From Psammoneis japonica (taxonomy: Eukaryota): 57,644 bases of DNA. Shown here in pieces: positions 26,104 through 39,810 of the stretch; positions within the stretch are counted from its first letter, which is position 1, and every line of letters starts with the position of its first letter. Location: the NCBI GenBank assembly GCA_008632985.1, contig QPGO01000032.1, positions 1 to 57,644 of the forward strand, in the 5' to 3' direction. Under the pieces are notes generated by a model. The model searched no databases and was not told the DNA's origin. It was given only the letters and a program-made list of their open reading frames with translations. The translations under genes and the position numbers were made by a program.

Positions 26104-26400
26104 GACACTCTCTAGAGTGATAACAATGGATCGTCAAGAACAAACCATATGCTTTAACTCATGGAGTCTACACAAAGCGGCTACAACTATCCCAGCAGCA
26201 ACCTACTGTACAGTATTGTATCATCGTCTCTCATTCTGAGGAGGTTACGCCGGTTTCGCCCTGCAAGACTTCAGTGTTCGTGGTATGCGAACACCAGCTG
26301 TGCTTGCGGGGCAATTGAAAACCGGTGACGTGTCCTGCCTGTGCGTCATCCACCCACATCTGAAAATCACGACCCTCACATTTTTTTTTTATTTCTTCTC

Positions 26401-26428
26401 TTGTTTGTTGTTGTTGTTGTTGTTTGTT
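26401..26428. repeat. (TTG)n microsatellite
   Basis: Imperfect TTG run. Confidence 0.7.
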
Positions 26429-28289
26429 GAGTGGGAGAGTTGCTGCGGATAGCTTGCAAGATGGCAAACTTCTCTTTACCGAGTACTGTGGCATGTTCAA
26501 GTCTATCATGGACGGTCAAGACCCGTGGATTGATTTGCACGAGTCGACACGGACCTTTCTTACGGCTATCGACTTGCCCTCGGTGCATCCATTTTGTCTT
26601 GACGAAACGTTAGAATTCCCAGCCGCCAACGTACCTCCAATGGGAGGCATGTGGGAACATAATCACCATTCATCGCTAATGGATGTTATTCTTACAGTAT
26701 TGTGGCAAGCAGCCCGGCACTGCTTGCCATGGGAGAGTTGTGGCTTCGACTCTTTGCTTCGGCTCTGGCTCCGCTTGGAATCGCATACCTCATGTGGGAT
26801 CAAGCGAAACGCAAACGAAACCACAAGGAATCCAACAAGGATCCAACGCCTCGGTTGCTTGTAAAGCTTTCATGTCTCTTGAGCGTCGCGTCGTCAGTGG
26901 TACTCATGACGGACACGTACTATGTTTGGAGTATGGGCCACAAAAAGGAGCCATGTTGCTTTGCCTTTCGACGTTGTTATCGTTTGGAGCGTGTCACCGA
27001 CACGGAATGAAGCGACTGTCTCGGGCTTTGTTGGCGCTTATTGTTCTTGCCGTGTTTCTTGTATCATTCCCGCCTCAATTCGGCGGTGGACCCGACCTTG
27101 TTCCCCGTGAAATTCAAGAGGGGCTGTACTACAGTTCCAACAATGGACTTGTCAAACAGATTGCAAGCATTGGCCGATTCATTCACGCACCTATACCGTA
27201 GAACATGGCGCCACACCTTGGATGCCGACTGGAGATTCGCGCACCGGCATTCCGTTTTTATTAAATTTCTGGCCCGATCTCGAATGGCAACGCGTTTACG
27301 CCACAACGGTCGATCACGAAGTGGTTGCGTTGGATATTTGCTTCCCACCTACCGGACACGATCCGACCAAGGCGGTGTACATGATTTTGCATGGGTTAAA
27401 TGGAGGAAGCGAAGAGGAGTATATAAAGGACTTGATTCATCGTCGCTCTCGGGAGGGTCACACCATGGTGATTATGATTGCACGTGGTCTCATGGATTTG
27501 CCAGTCAAGAGTTGGAACGTCTTTCACGGTGCACGCATCGATGATGCACACACGGTTGCAACATTTCTTAGACGTGGGTTAGCCTATAATCAAATGTTGG
27601 TGGGAGTAGGATACAGTATGGGCGCTATTATTCTATCCAACTACGTCGCCCGCTCCGGGGAAGATTGTGCCTTTGATGCCGCGATGGCGGTGAGTGGCGG
27701 ACTAGATATGCGACAGCAGCTCTACTTTGAGCGCGCCAAACGTTTGTGGCAGCCCATGCTTGTTTCCGACTTGAGACACAAGTTCATTCTGGGAAAATTT
27801 GGGGAACGGTATCGCCAGAGACTGACCCAGAACCAGGTGCTCGAGCTGATGCGTGCTGTTTCTGTGAGCGGTGTCGATGAACACGCAGTGGTTACCTACA
27901 ATGGATTTAACAACATTACCCACTATTATGCCGAAATGAGCGCGCTTGGAGACTTGTCTACGGACGAGCTGCGCCGTCAAGATGTATGGAACAACAAAAC
28001 CGACGTTGGCCGCATTTCCAAAGTTAGCATTCCTTTTTGCGTTCTCCACGCCTTGGACGATCCGCTCATTTCGTGGCGTACAGTTGCATCTACAGAGGGC
28101 ATGATGCACCCGACAAACTTGGTTGAGACTGGGTCGGGAAATGTGATGGTTCTGCTTACCAAAGCGGGAGGTCACGTGGGTTGGCCGACTGGCTGGCTCC
28201 CCCAATCCAACAAGTGGATGTGGATGAGTAATGTTGTGAAGGGATATGTGGATGCAGCTGTGGCAGCCAAGTCTGAACTAGCGAAATAA
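26424..28289 (+). CDS. Alpha/beta hydrolase, ABHD1/3 (YheT-like); 5' exons uncertain
   Basis: ILHGLNGGS, GYSMG nucleophile elbow, ALDDPL (Asp), GGHVGW (His). Confidence 0.85.
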
Positions 28290-28499
28290 TTAAACCGTGG
28301 AAGGTCCATTCGCTGACCTAGTCTTAAAGTTCCCGACGCAAGGAAGTTGTTCGTCGATCATTGCCTGGCACACGTTAGTACGGAGTGATGGATCATCGTG
28401 AAAACATTATGGAACATCGTTGACACTTGTCGCAGAAGATTTGATTTGCTAGGTATAATTAGGATCAAGATGATGTCACATTACACGCATTTATCTTCT

Positions 28500-30200
28500 C
28501 TGTCCACTTGAGACATGCTTTTCATTCCATTTCGAAATCGGATTCAAGAATCTCGAACCAACATTGGGATCAAGCTTTCCTTGACCCACAGGAAAGCATT
28601 TTTTCTACATTCACTATTTTGGGAGCAAAAAACTCACAATGCTGTAGACAGGTGTTGAGGAGCATTTCACGAAGTCCATCGACACCCAGTCCGGCCTGGT
28701 CGAGCTTCCCACACAAGGTGGTGACGCAATGTCCTCCACAGTGCCTTTTTTTATCATCATGTGCCTTTGGCTGTGTGAAAGTTCTCATGAGCTCCTTGAA
28801 AATCTTGGGTGGCTTGTTAAATGAGGAGAAATGCTCTGAGTCCATTGTGGTGTTGCAAAATTACAAAGCAGACACAAGTCTCTGTCAGCGGCATGCAATT
28901 CCCTGTTGTCTCTGCAAAGAAGAAAGCAACTCAGCCAAACACTTGTCAACTTGGACACACAGTTCTGCATGGTTGGCTGGCTTCCATCCATGGCTTCAAG
29001 GTTGGGCACTCAAATTGCCTGTGGCACCCAAAAGATCCAACACAATGTGCTCTTCTTCTCTGCAACACAAATGTTGTTGTCAGAAATTCCATCAAAGAGG
29101 GGAAACATGAGAAAAAGCATTGAAAACAGCTGGAGTCTGAGTCATGAGCACAGATTCGCCAGCATGGTCTTTGATGCACTGGGTGCTTGAAGTGTCATTG
29201 GCAAGAACTGTGTGGGGTTAAAGAAATTTGTCATGTCCTCCTTGAGGAGCATGCCCTTTGGGCTCCAAATCTCAGAAGGCTTGTCAACCACAACTTGGGT
29301 GTTAACTTTGAACTTTGATGACGAGCACTCCACCAACTGAGAATCTTTCTTTGGCAGGATCATGAGAGAAAGCACTTCAAAAACCTGCCACTCCCAGCCC
29401 AATCACTTGTTTCTCTCTGGCTTCTCTGCGCATCTTTTGGGGGGCAGCACACCCAGATCCTCACAAGCCAACATGCTGTGTTCATCCACATGTGCAGGCA
29501 TCATGTGGGCCACAATGTGCAGCAAGTCAACAGTGTGCAGCAGAAAACATGCAGAAGTGTGCATGACCCTGCTGGCATCTTGGCTTTTGTGCCCTGAAGG
29601 GTGCGCGCAAGCAGATCCTGCACAGAAGTTGCCACATTGTGGGGAAACAAAGGACGAACAATGGACTTTCTGTCTGAGGAGTTTGTGCAGCACCTGCACA
29701 AACTGTGAAACTTGAAGCAAAAAGTGCATTTTTTAAAGGTCTTGTTTGGTGTCCAAGCATGTTTTGTGTATCTCAAGAGCACCCTCCCGTGGCAGCGCTG
29801 TCGGTCACACTTGGCTGTTTTCCTTTACACCAGTGGAGAGTGACTTTCAGAAAAAGAGACCTTGGCATGCTGAACTTCCTTGCTCCTCACCTCTGCTTGC
29901 TGCTCAATGACTGTGACACAGCGCATGTCATGGTGAAGGGCGGAGAAGAAACATCTGATGAGTGTGAACTCTTTCTCATTGAGTGCGACCGGCCGAGCGA
30001 AGCGGAGCGATCGAGCTCTTTGGATCACTCGTCTTGCCGTTGGTCGGATGAAGGCACTGCTTGCGCCATATTTTTTTTTTGCGTTCCGCCGGCGGCTGAG
30101 GTGGCGGAATTTATTTCTCGAGGTGTTCGTCGGCGCGTTGTTTCTGGGGAGAATCGTCAAGATGTTCCTCTCCCGATGAGAGCTTCGGTTTGATGAATTC
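28500..30200. repeat. TpA-depleted degenerate block with a decayed minus-strand ORF
   Basis: Sparse TpA. Fragmented protein-like ORFs at 29825-30160, 29142-29402 and 28570-28845 of unrecognised family. Confidence 0.5.
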
Positions 30201-30293
30201 GTGGGAACGATAATGGAAATCGAGCATCAAAAGCTTTTGTATGGGAGCTCACGTTTTCAAGGAGAAATCCAGAGATACAGACAGAAGTAAAGT

Positions 30294-31810
30294 ATGAGTG
30301 ACAACTCTTCATCTTACAAGGGGATATGGTTTGGTCGACTTGCCGACGGGACGGAAGCTTCGGTGTGTGACTTGGTCATGCAAGAAGCGACTGTCGTTCA
30401 AGCCGTCCGAGTTCGTTTGGTTGGTCGAGATCAACCTCTGGATTACAACGGAACTCTAGCATGTGCGCAGTACCTACGACAGCGATACCCAGAATTGAAT
30501 CGCGAGGAACAGCCGTCCTTGTACAGCGAATGCCGATTTTCAAGAAATCTTCTCAGTGAAGAAGATGCCTCTCAATCCGTTGTTGTGAATGTGCAAAATG
30601 AATCTTCCCCGTCTGTGGAGGCCTGCCGCTTAGCCGTGCTTGACCTGATGAACCACAAGGTGCATCAGCATCCGGGTAGCTTGTCTCGGTTGGGATGGCG
30701 TTTGGACGTTTTGTATGCGCTCGACGGGAACGATTGTGTCACTTGGATTGTTTTCTCGTCGACCCACACTGCGGTGGATGGCGTCTCTTGTCATGTTGTG
30801 CTTCAGGACTTTCTCGCTAGCTACTCCAAGCTCTTGGAACAAACGGCGATGAGCTGGGTCCTCCACGCGAACGCTTGCCACTTTACTCGGCACTTCCACG
30901 AGCACACCTTCCTCTCCGCTGGTCGTCTCGTGTCGTCTACGGAATTTTGGGGTGGCTCGCCAGTCACGTTATGGAAATGCCTGGAGCACCAAGTCCTGTG
31001 CTATTGACAGAGTCTGCTACATTGCAGGCCAGGAAGGCAAAAGAAGAACGTCAGCTTGCTGGCATTAGCCAATTTGAAGGTCCTTATCATGTGGATTTCA
31101 TCGAGATAGATGCCAGCACCGCAATTACGCTCCGTAAGGTTGCACGTTCCCTTGGTTTGACTGTTGGATCTCTCGTTCAAGCCGCCTTGTTTTTCGCCGT
31201 GGCAAAGCGATTCTTTCAAGAACATCCAGAAGCATCAAGCTTGAAAATGAACCTTCCAATGTCAGTCAACATGCGTCCCCACCTCTTGCCCCCGCTTCCA
31301 AACAACGTATTGGCGCCTCAACAAGGTGGGCTAGATGTCGAGCTGAAGACAACTCGAGCGGCAGTCAAGGACGCAACCAATAATGACAAGCACCTTTTAA
31401 CCTTGCTTCAGTCCATTGCAGGCGATGCTCGTAAGCAAGTCAAGGCTGCTTTTGAAAAGCCTGAAAATCTGACGCCCATGAACAATGATATCCTGTTGGC
31501 TTCCCTCTTTCGTAATGGCCTCGATAGGGTCCGCAACATTCAGTACATTGGAGACGTGTGGCTAAGCAACGTGGGTGTGTTTAAGCCCCCAACCATGGAT
31601 TCTATAAAGGTTGAGACAACGCTCACGTTGAATCCCACCATTGTTCCTTCATACGAACTCGTGTGGTGCAACACTGTGGCGGGAGGAAACATGACGGTAT
31701 CGATTGTGGTGGACGAGACCATGGGGCGCAACAAATCGAGTGCTACTGCTTTTTGGAGGAAGTTCAGAGCAGCCTCGAGCTCCTTTCGCGGTTCTAGAGA
31801 AAGCCGTTGA
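30294..31810 (+). CDS. CoA-dependent acyltransferase (condensation/alcohol acetyltransferase fold); frameshift at ~30880
   Basis: HxxxDG motif (HTAVDG), LTVGSLVQAAL, MSVNMRPHL, LSNVG. Confidence 0.75.
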
Positions 31811-31855
31811 CTGTACAATACTTGTAATATTATAATTCGTTCTTTTCCCATGGAT

Positions 31856-32581
31856 TCAAATCGTCTTCCTCTTCTTCATCGTCTTTGATGTTGGAGGAAA
31901 GCGCAGACGGTATGTTTGCCTTTGGCGGTCTAGGAGCTGGAATTGCAAACCCGTCGTTGCCCATGTGCTGTTTTGGTAAATAATATTATTTGTATCTTCG
32001 TCGTCCTCCTTTCGAGAATCATCCAAGTATCCCAGTAGCAACGTCCCACGAGCCTGGAAACAGATTCAGGACAACCTTATGAGGCTCTGGCAGTAGCAAA
32101 CAAAAAAAGTAAAGCCCACGTTAGTATAACTATGTACTCACCCATCGGCATTAACCCATCGATGGTACTTTTCAAAAAGTGAGGTAGCATCCCTTCCTAG
32201 ACACGGCTTGAAGATATCTTTGCCGCCCGGATGATAATGCAAATAGGGACTGATATTGTACACTTTGCCATGAAGCGAGATCCATCCATCATGAACTTTA
32301 TTATGCTTTTTGATTTCATCTCTTGTAATCTTTCTCAAACCCGCCCCTTTGCGTTGTGCCAAGTCCTTGGAGCACTTTGTGAGCGTCACCCAATCCGACA
32401 AGCCAAAACCTTTGCGTAACGCAGTCTTGTTGCGTCCTGTTGATCTACCTGCCGCTGATTTCGACTTGGCTGATACTCGTGCTGACGGCGGGAGCGTGGA
32501 ATCATTCATGAGCCTTTGGTCCTCCGCTTCCTTTTTCATGGTGCTCAGCGGTTGCTCTGGCGGTCGCTGTTTGTGCGTCAT
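31856..32581 (-). CDS. Cytochrome b5-like heme-binding protein; intron 32054-32141
   Basis: HNKVHDGWISLHGKVYNISPYLHYHPGG...GRDATSLFEKYH. Confidence 0.88.
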
Positions 32582-32699
32582 CGTGTGATACTTGCAAGTA
32601 AGTCGTTATTGTAAGGACAACAGCATGGCAAATGGCAACGCAATCATCAGCATGTAGTTATAGTCAACATCGAAAAACCACAAACCACCGTCCATCCAA

Positions 32700-34990
32700 C
32701 GTCCGTGAACGTCCGCGAAGCGAAGTTTCTCTCGCCACATTTTTGGGCCGGTGGAGCTTTTTTTTTTTCAGCACAGTGCTGCCCTGCCCTGATGCTGTGG
32801 TGGCAACTCAGCTCTCTTGATGCAAGCAGAGCAGCAAGATGCCGGACTGAGAAGGGGAGCATCAGGAAATTGTGGGGTCCAAGGAGTTGGGGGCAAGAAC
32901 ATGGCCAAAAGCAAAGATGGGCCAGCACCACATGGGAAAAAGACTGAAGCGAGAGAGGGGAGTCTGCAGCAGTCAAGTCATCCATGTGACTCCAACAGGG
33001 TGTGCCTTTTCTGTTTTTTCTTCATTTCAACCAGATGTTTGCTTCAAAACATGTCAAGTTGTGTTGACATGTTTGCCACACTGAGCCCACCTTTTTGTTT
33101 TTGAGATGTGCCACACAGACAGCGTCAGCTGAAGAGCTTCCAACACTTGTTGCAGAAGTGTGGCCTCTCATGTTTGCCTCAAAACATGTCAAGTTGTGTT
33201 GACATGTGGTGCCAGACTGAGCCTGCCTTTGAATTTCTGGCATGTGGTGCCAGATGGCATCAGTTTTTTTTTGGCACAGTTGCTCACCTTTTGCCATGGT
33301 GCCCTTTGCTGCATGTGCACACACTGTGCTGCTTGGCCAATTTCTTGACATTGCTGGGCTGAGAGGATTTCCAAGCTGCTGGCCACAGCAGTCCAGGTGG
33401 TGACTTCAAGGGATTTGAGCCTTGTGACAAAAATGGAAAATGTCATCAATTTCTTCACCTCTGTCTGTGTTTGAAAATGTGCTTGCCACGCAAGTCAAGG
33501 CTTTTGGAGTGACGCTTGTGCAGATGACTGGGGCTTTGACTTCAGTTTGTCAGTTTGCAATGTGAGCAGCTGGGGGGAGGGGGGGGGAGTGCACAGTGTA
33601 ACCTTTGCTGCTGGTGGTGACATGTGCTGCTTGGCTTCACAACAAGCAAGCATGGCTTCTTTTCACAAAAAACCACTGCAACAAGCTGCAGTTTGCAAGG
33701 GTTTGCTGCATGCAATTGCCCTGCTTCTTGTCTCCAAATTGACCTGACCACATTGCTCTTGGCTGCATTGTTCATGTTGCTGCTGTTGCGATTTGCTCAT
33801 GGCTTTGGCCACAAGTGATTGCAAGCCCTTGTTGTTTGACAAACGCTTCGCCGGCAACAACAACTGCAGCCAACTTTCATTCCATGTCTTTTCCATTGCG
33901 ATGTCAAACAAAATGCTGCAACAAGCTTCCACATCAAATGCATCACAACTCACAGCCATGCATCTGGACTTTTTTGGAGACACAAAAGGAGCTGCCCCAG
34001 CTTCCTTGAACAGTTGTTTTGTTGGCCCCTTTTTTGGCAGAGAGAACAAATGACATCAAATCTTGACATGTTGGTGCTCTTCCTCCATTTGCCCATGTGC
34101 AAGCACATTGGATGGAAAATTTCACAAGGTTGAAAGTCATTGCCTTCTGGCAGTGCAGAGATCATGACACAATGACCCCAGCCTGGCATCAGTGTGCAGC
34201 AGCATTTTCCACATGACCACCACCAATGCTGCACAAGCTCAGCTCATCCACAAGAGCAGCCACACCACACTCTCTTTTCCTCAGCATGTGGCAAAACAAA
34301 GTGGTGCTTTGCTCCTGCACATCTTTGCTTCTGCAACAGCATCATTTTGCAACAAGAGCCAAGGTGCTCTTTTGTGCAACTTGCTTGTTGTGTGGAGCCA
34401 GCTCTGCACACAAAAGGGGCAAGCACAGCCACTCGGCGGGATGTTGCCTGCTTCATTGGTGCACAGGCTCCACATGACAAGAGAATTTGTGCAGCAGATG
34501 GATTGTCAGGGCAACACACCCAAAAATGGGGTGCGAAGCTGCTGGACTGTTTGCCAACCTTGCCCTGGGAACTCAGCAGTGCTCACAACAACACATTTGA
34601 GGCCTCAGTCGGCCATGCCTGCTCAAGCCCAAATGTGTGTTGCTTTTTTCAATGGTGCAATGGGACAATTTGGGTCAGCTCCCTTTTGGAGAGCACTGCA
34701 AACATCTCTGCAGTTTCCATGCTCCAAATGAGCTTTTGGGAGTGACAGGCCAGCATCTTGGCCGGGTGTCAAAGACAGCCTGCCCCATCACATGATTGCT
34801 TTGCCATAGTTGTGACAACCAAGTGTGTGGTCTGTCTGATTGTCAAGCCAAGTCAAGCAGAAGTGTCAAGTGACACACCTCATGCCAGTTTGCAGTTTCA
34901 AGCTCTGGCAATCGCTGTTCGTGTCATCGCAGGCGTTGTCTCGGCGGTGCACCGACGTCGCACTGACAAGCTGACAACATCCACACATTT
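32700..34990. repeat. TpA/CpG-depleted degenerate repeat block containing duplicated hairpins
   Basis: About 2 TpA by eye (~33599, ~34807). The inverted repeat ACATGTCAA-gttgtg-TTGACATGT occurs twice (33047-33074, 33184-33207). Confidence 0.65.
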
Positions 34991-35343
34991 TCATGTAGAG
35001 AAAAAAGTAATAGTGATGTGATCCACGATTCAAAAGCATGCCGCTTGGAAGATGAAAGGAACAGCATTACATCCAGGCCAAGGTCGCTCCAGACACCTTA
35101 GAGGCATTTCCCCTCTACTAGAGAGAGTAGCTATTCGCCACCAAACACTAAACGCATACTTGAAAGGAGATTTCACTGATTCTCGAACAAGTCGTGCAAG
35201 CAGTTTTCGTCTCGGTCATTCCCCCCAAAACATCAAACAATCACGCGTCTGAGCAGTCTTTTCGGGTCACCCGAAGGATAAACCGGGTTTGCAAAAGAGA
35301 TCCGAGGCACAAAGTTATTGTCATAAAATCACGAAACGACGAG

Positions 35344-37227
35344 ATGGACGACATCGTGAAATCCTTAGTTTCACCAGTTGCTGCCATGCCCGGGAATTGG
35401 GCTGGCGGTTTCAGCTCAATCGTCACTGTGCTCTCCATTTTTGTGGCAGCGAGCCTCTTGTTCGCTCTGTTTTACGTATTTCGCTGTGTAAAGTTCATTG
35501 ATAGGGAAGATCAACTCGTTGTCGAAGGTCTCACGGAACAATTCATTATAAATGGACCAAAGGTGGCTTTCTTGCCGCTCCTGATCAAGTCAAGCCTTAT
35601 CAGAAAGGTGCAAACTTTGGGATCGATGGAGTACTGTGTTATCAAGAACAAAACATCGGGAGAGAAACGCGTCGAGGTTGGACCCCAAATGTTATTTCTT
35701 CGCTCCTTACGACGAGATTCTAAAAAAGAATGGATTGGAGAAGCGAAAGGCCAAGTCGCTTAAAGCCAACGAGTATGTCCGATTCGTTGATGAACAATCG
35801 GGGCGGGTACGTGTTGAAAAAGGAGAACGCGGTTGTGTCGTTCCTGGGCCCGACGAAATGTTCATGGATGGTGACAAGATGCAAGCTCTAGAGTTACGTG
35901 TGTTTGAATATGTCAAGATCATCAACAAAAGGACAGGTGCCGTGCGGACTGAACGTGGTGAGCAACTGGTCTTTCTTGGACCGTTTGAAGAATACATGGG
36001 CTCGAAGCAAACTGCCGTCGAAGTTGATCGTAAGTTTATGGATCAAATGCGTCGATTGACAAAATCATGTTTATAATCTCTACTCACATGAAATATGTTT
36101 CTGATTTTCGCAGAGGAAACTGCTGTCTTGGTAAGAAATAAGCGGACGGGCCAGCAGAATCTGGTTACAAAGAAGATGCTCTTTGTTCCTTCCAACGACG
36201 AGGAGATATTGGAAGTTCGCCCGTTGATAAAGCTTGCTGACTATGAGGCTAGCATAATCAGGGATGAGACTGGCAAGGACGTTTTCTTTTTTGGGAGTAA
36301 CGAGGAACAAAGGAGCTTCTTCTTGCCGCCACACTCGGAAATTGTGATCCTCCTGTGGTCTCGGGGGCGAAGGAGGGAACGACGGGACTTAAAAATCAAA
36401 AAGATTGATTTGCGTCCGGTATGTTATCGGTGTCTCTTTATCTATTCATCGTTGCATTACTGCTAACCACCACTACACTTCATCTAACAGATGTACATGA
36501 GCTTCGAATTCAATTGCCGTACCAACGACAACGTTGAGCTCGTTCTGGAAGGTTCTTTCTTCTGGGAAATCATCGATCTCCAGGCTATGATGAAGTTCAC
36601 CAATGACACAACCGGCGACGTGTGCAACCACGCTAGAAGCCGCTTCATTGAACTCGTCTCCAAAGTAACTCTTCAGGAGTTCATGACGCAGTTCAACAAA
36701 ATTGCCGAACAAGTTCACCGCAGCGACAACAGCGACTTCTACAAACAACGTGGAGTTAGTATCCACTCGCTGGAAGTGACGGGTTATCATTGTGCAGAAA
36801 AGTCCACAGCCCGTATCCTTGAAGAGATTATTCAAGAAACCACAATCGCATGAATCGCCTTCAGCAGCAGGAATCTGAAAACGAGGTTCAACTCAAACAG
36901 ATTCGAGGCGACATTGAAGAAGAGAAAGCCCGTGGTGAGCTTCTCGAAATCCAGACCGCTAACAGCAATGCTAAATCCAAGATGGAGGGATTGGCAGAAG
37001 CGGAACGCGTGAAAAGCTTTTTAGAAAATCTGTCCGAGAGCTTCCCTGACATGGATGATGAGACCAGAATAAGTCTCTGGCGCACGCTCCGCAAAGAAGA
37101 TGCACTCAAGGCGGTTTCTCAAGGCAATGCGAAACTCTACTTCACTCCCAAGGATGCCAATCTCAGCATTGAAAATCACGATCACGTCCATGAGAGCGGT
37201 TGGGTTGACGGTCATGACAGTCCTTGA
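35344..37227 (+). CDS. Major-vault-protein-like / SPFH (band 7) protein with an N-terminal TM helix; two introns, frameshifts
   Basis: Repeated units of the form L..xEY..I....G..RVExG...FL.PyEE, then a band-7/shoulder domain (RTNDNVELVLEGSFFWEIID) and a coiled coil. Introns at about 36030-36114 and 36419-36490. Confidence 0.7.
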
Positions 37228-37865
37228 AGTGTCGCTTTGTCCTTATTCGTCTCCTCTAGTGGTTGAAGATATTTGCTCAGTCATGTTTACTTTAGAAGTC
37301 AATCATTTATCCTTTCGTGGGAACTTCACAGTGGTCTTCCCAGTCTTGATCCCCGCACACATATCCATGGACCATTTCACATAGCGTACGCAACTGAAGT
37401 CAGACCGATTGTCCAGAGACGGTGTCGCCGAGCATTCAAGGTGGCGGCAGTGACCCCAACAACAACTACAGGTTGTGGTATCACCACGAACGCGAGCCCA
37501 TCGACACGCATAACTAGACACCAAGAGCAACGATTGCATAATCGATCGAAACACAGTTGTCGTCATGTTGACACGTTCAGCACGAGAAAACTCTGCAAAA
37601 ATGATAGAGAAGAGCTTCCGTAAGTGTACTGAGAAGCGATTCTTATCATTGCAGGACTCGACAAGAAATCTTGCGGGGTATCGACTATTGTAAAAACCTG
37701 GGATCGTCCTTGTGCTTGGCGTTTTCGTATTGCTTTTTTTGAAACGACAACTCGCGCTCAAAGCTATCGTAAACTTGATCGTCTGTGTGAATCCCCATTA
37801 CAGAGTCCAATCGCTTCGATAAGCGATCTCTCCAGTGACGAGGTTTCTTTGGCTTGCCGGATTCG
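37115..37865. repeat. Copy 1 of a local segmental duplication: 3' end of the MVP-like gene plus a 3' remnant of the convergent gene
   Basis: Near-identical to 38835-39810 apart from internal deletions. Confidence 0.85.
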
Positions 37866-38800
37866 CTGGCGAGAGGTTCTTTGCAGAATATGTTGCCTTG
37901 GCTCAAGCGTTTCTCATACAAAAAATGAGAAACATTGCGGTGCAACCCCCCCCCCCCCCCCCCTCTCGAGAGAGAGAGAGTGGCAGCCGGGAAGGTCGTT
38001 TGTTGTTTGATTCTTTCTCGCTTTCCCTGCTCATGTTTACGGTTATCGAGCCCGTTTCCAACAATCTTGACATCGAGCGCTCCCTTGATTTCTTTCTGGT
38101 GCATGTAATCAGACTTGGTCCTGGTTTCTCGGCTTGATGGTGGTTTCAGCAAGCATCGGATTTCAGTAACAATTGGACCGTCCAGGGTACAAAACATGGC
38201 CTTGTCGCCCTCCCGTAGGTAACCAGACACCACCAGAGCATCTACAGTTATGTATAATCCGTCCATTGCAAGTTGGCGCACCACATGATTTTTCTTCCAT
38301 AGCTTGCATTTAGCCGTTTCAGCATCAGGACATCTTGAACTCCCTCTCTCGTCACCGCCGATGTTGCTACGAGCGGGACAAAGTATGAGTTTGTCCGATT
38401 TTCGCCCAGCCTCCCAATTCCCAGTAAAAGTTTGAGTTGACGCACTGTTGCAGTTGAACCTTTGCTTCCGTAGAGCGACTGCGAAACTCTGACATCGTAC
38501 CCTCGGGTTGTGTGGCTCAGACCCTAAACGACTCATCGACTGCACTGCATCCCAACCTTTTCATTGTTGCCCGATCATTCACCTTGCTTCGATAGTGTGA
38601 AGACTGAGATTGTCTTGCGAGTGTCTGACGTGCGTGTGTCATTGTCGACCTCGCTATGGAGTCCGCCAGAGTTGACACAACAACAGCCGCCTTGGAATGA
38701 ACACAACGCAAGTTCGAATCACCAAAAAGAAAGGCAAGTAGAATCATTGAGCGATGAGAATGACTCACGGTAAGTTTCTTGAGCTTTCGCCCTTTCTGGG
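37330..38800 (-). pseudogene. Degenerate paralog of the 39026-41456 gene
   Basis: Shares ESGKPKKPRHWRDRLSKRLDSVMGIHTDDQVYDSFERELSFQKKQYENAK and the last exon, with deletions and stop codons. Confidence 0.65.
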
Positions 38801-38834
38801 TTCTACCAAACTTGCGGTGACCAACACATTTCGG

Positions 38835-39810
38835 TTTCTCAAGGCAATGCACTCCCAAGGATGCCAATCTCAGCATTGAGAATCATGATAACATCCACGA
38901 GAGCGGCTGGGTTGACGTTCATGATAGTCCTTGAAGTTTGTTTCCGAGTGGTTGAAGATGCCCATGCATATTCAATTCAGAAATCAATCAACAATCCACT
39001 TTGTGAGAACTAATGCTGGCCCGAGCTAATTCCTATCGTGCTCGCTCCCGTCATCATGCTCATCATCGTCGCTATCATAATCACTATCAGAGTCATCTTC
39101 CCAGTCTTGATCCCCGTACACATATCCATGAACCATTTCACCTAGCGTGCGCATGCCAACCAATGTCAGACCGATTGTCCAGAGACGGTGTCGCCGAGCA
39201 CTCAAGGCGGCGGCAGTGACCCCAACAACAACTACAGGTTGTGGTATAGCACCACGAACGCTAGCCCATCGACACGCATAACTAGACACCAAGAGCAACG
39301 ATTGAATAATCGATCGAAACAGGGTTGTCATCATGTTGACACGTTCAGCACGATCCAGAAAGTTCTACCAATTTTTAGAGAGAGCAACCGTGAGTGTACT
39401 GAGAAGCGACCCTTGTCATTACAGGGCTCGACAAGGAATCTTTCCCATGCGACTTACATCAAACGTCAGTCTGTTTCCGCTTGCGGTCCTTCCAAAGAGA
39501 ACAGATACAATATTTCCCTCCTCCTCCCAGAAAGGTACCTCATCTTCCCTGCTTTTGCCCGTCTTTTGGGATGGGTGAGTGCGCTTTCGCTTTGCCTTGT
39601 GTTTCTTATTCTTTCCGGGGTATCGACTATTGTACAAAAACATGGGATCGTCCTTGTCTTTGGCGTTTTCGTATTGCTTCTTTTGAAACGACAGCTCGCG
39701 CTCAAAGCTATCGTAAACTTGATCGTCCGTGTGAATTCCCATTACAGAGTCCAATCGTTTCGATAAGCGATCTCTCCAGTGACGAGGTTTCTTCGGCTTG
39801 CCGGATTCAC
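38835..39810. repeat. Copy 2 of the local segmental duplication
   Basis: Begins with a truncated copy of the MVP-like 3' end (tttctcaaggcaatgc...gtccttgaagt). Confidence 0.85.
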
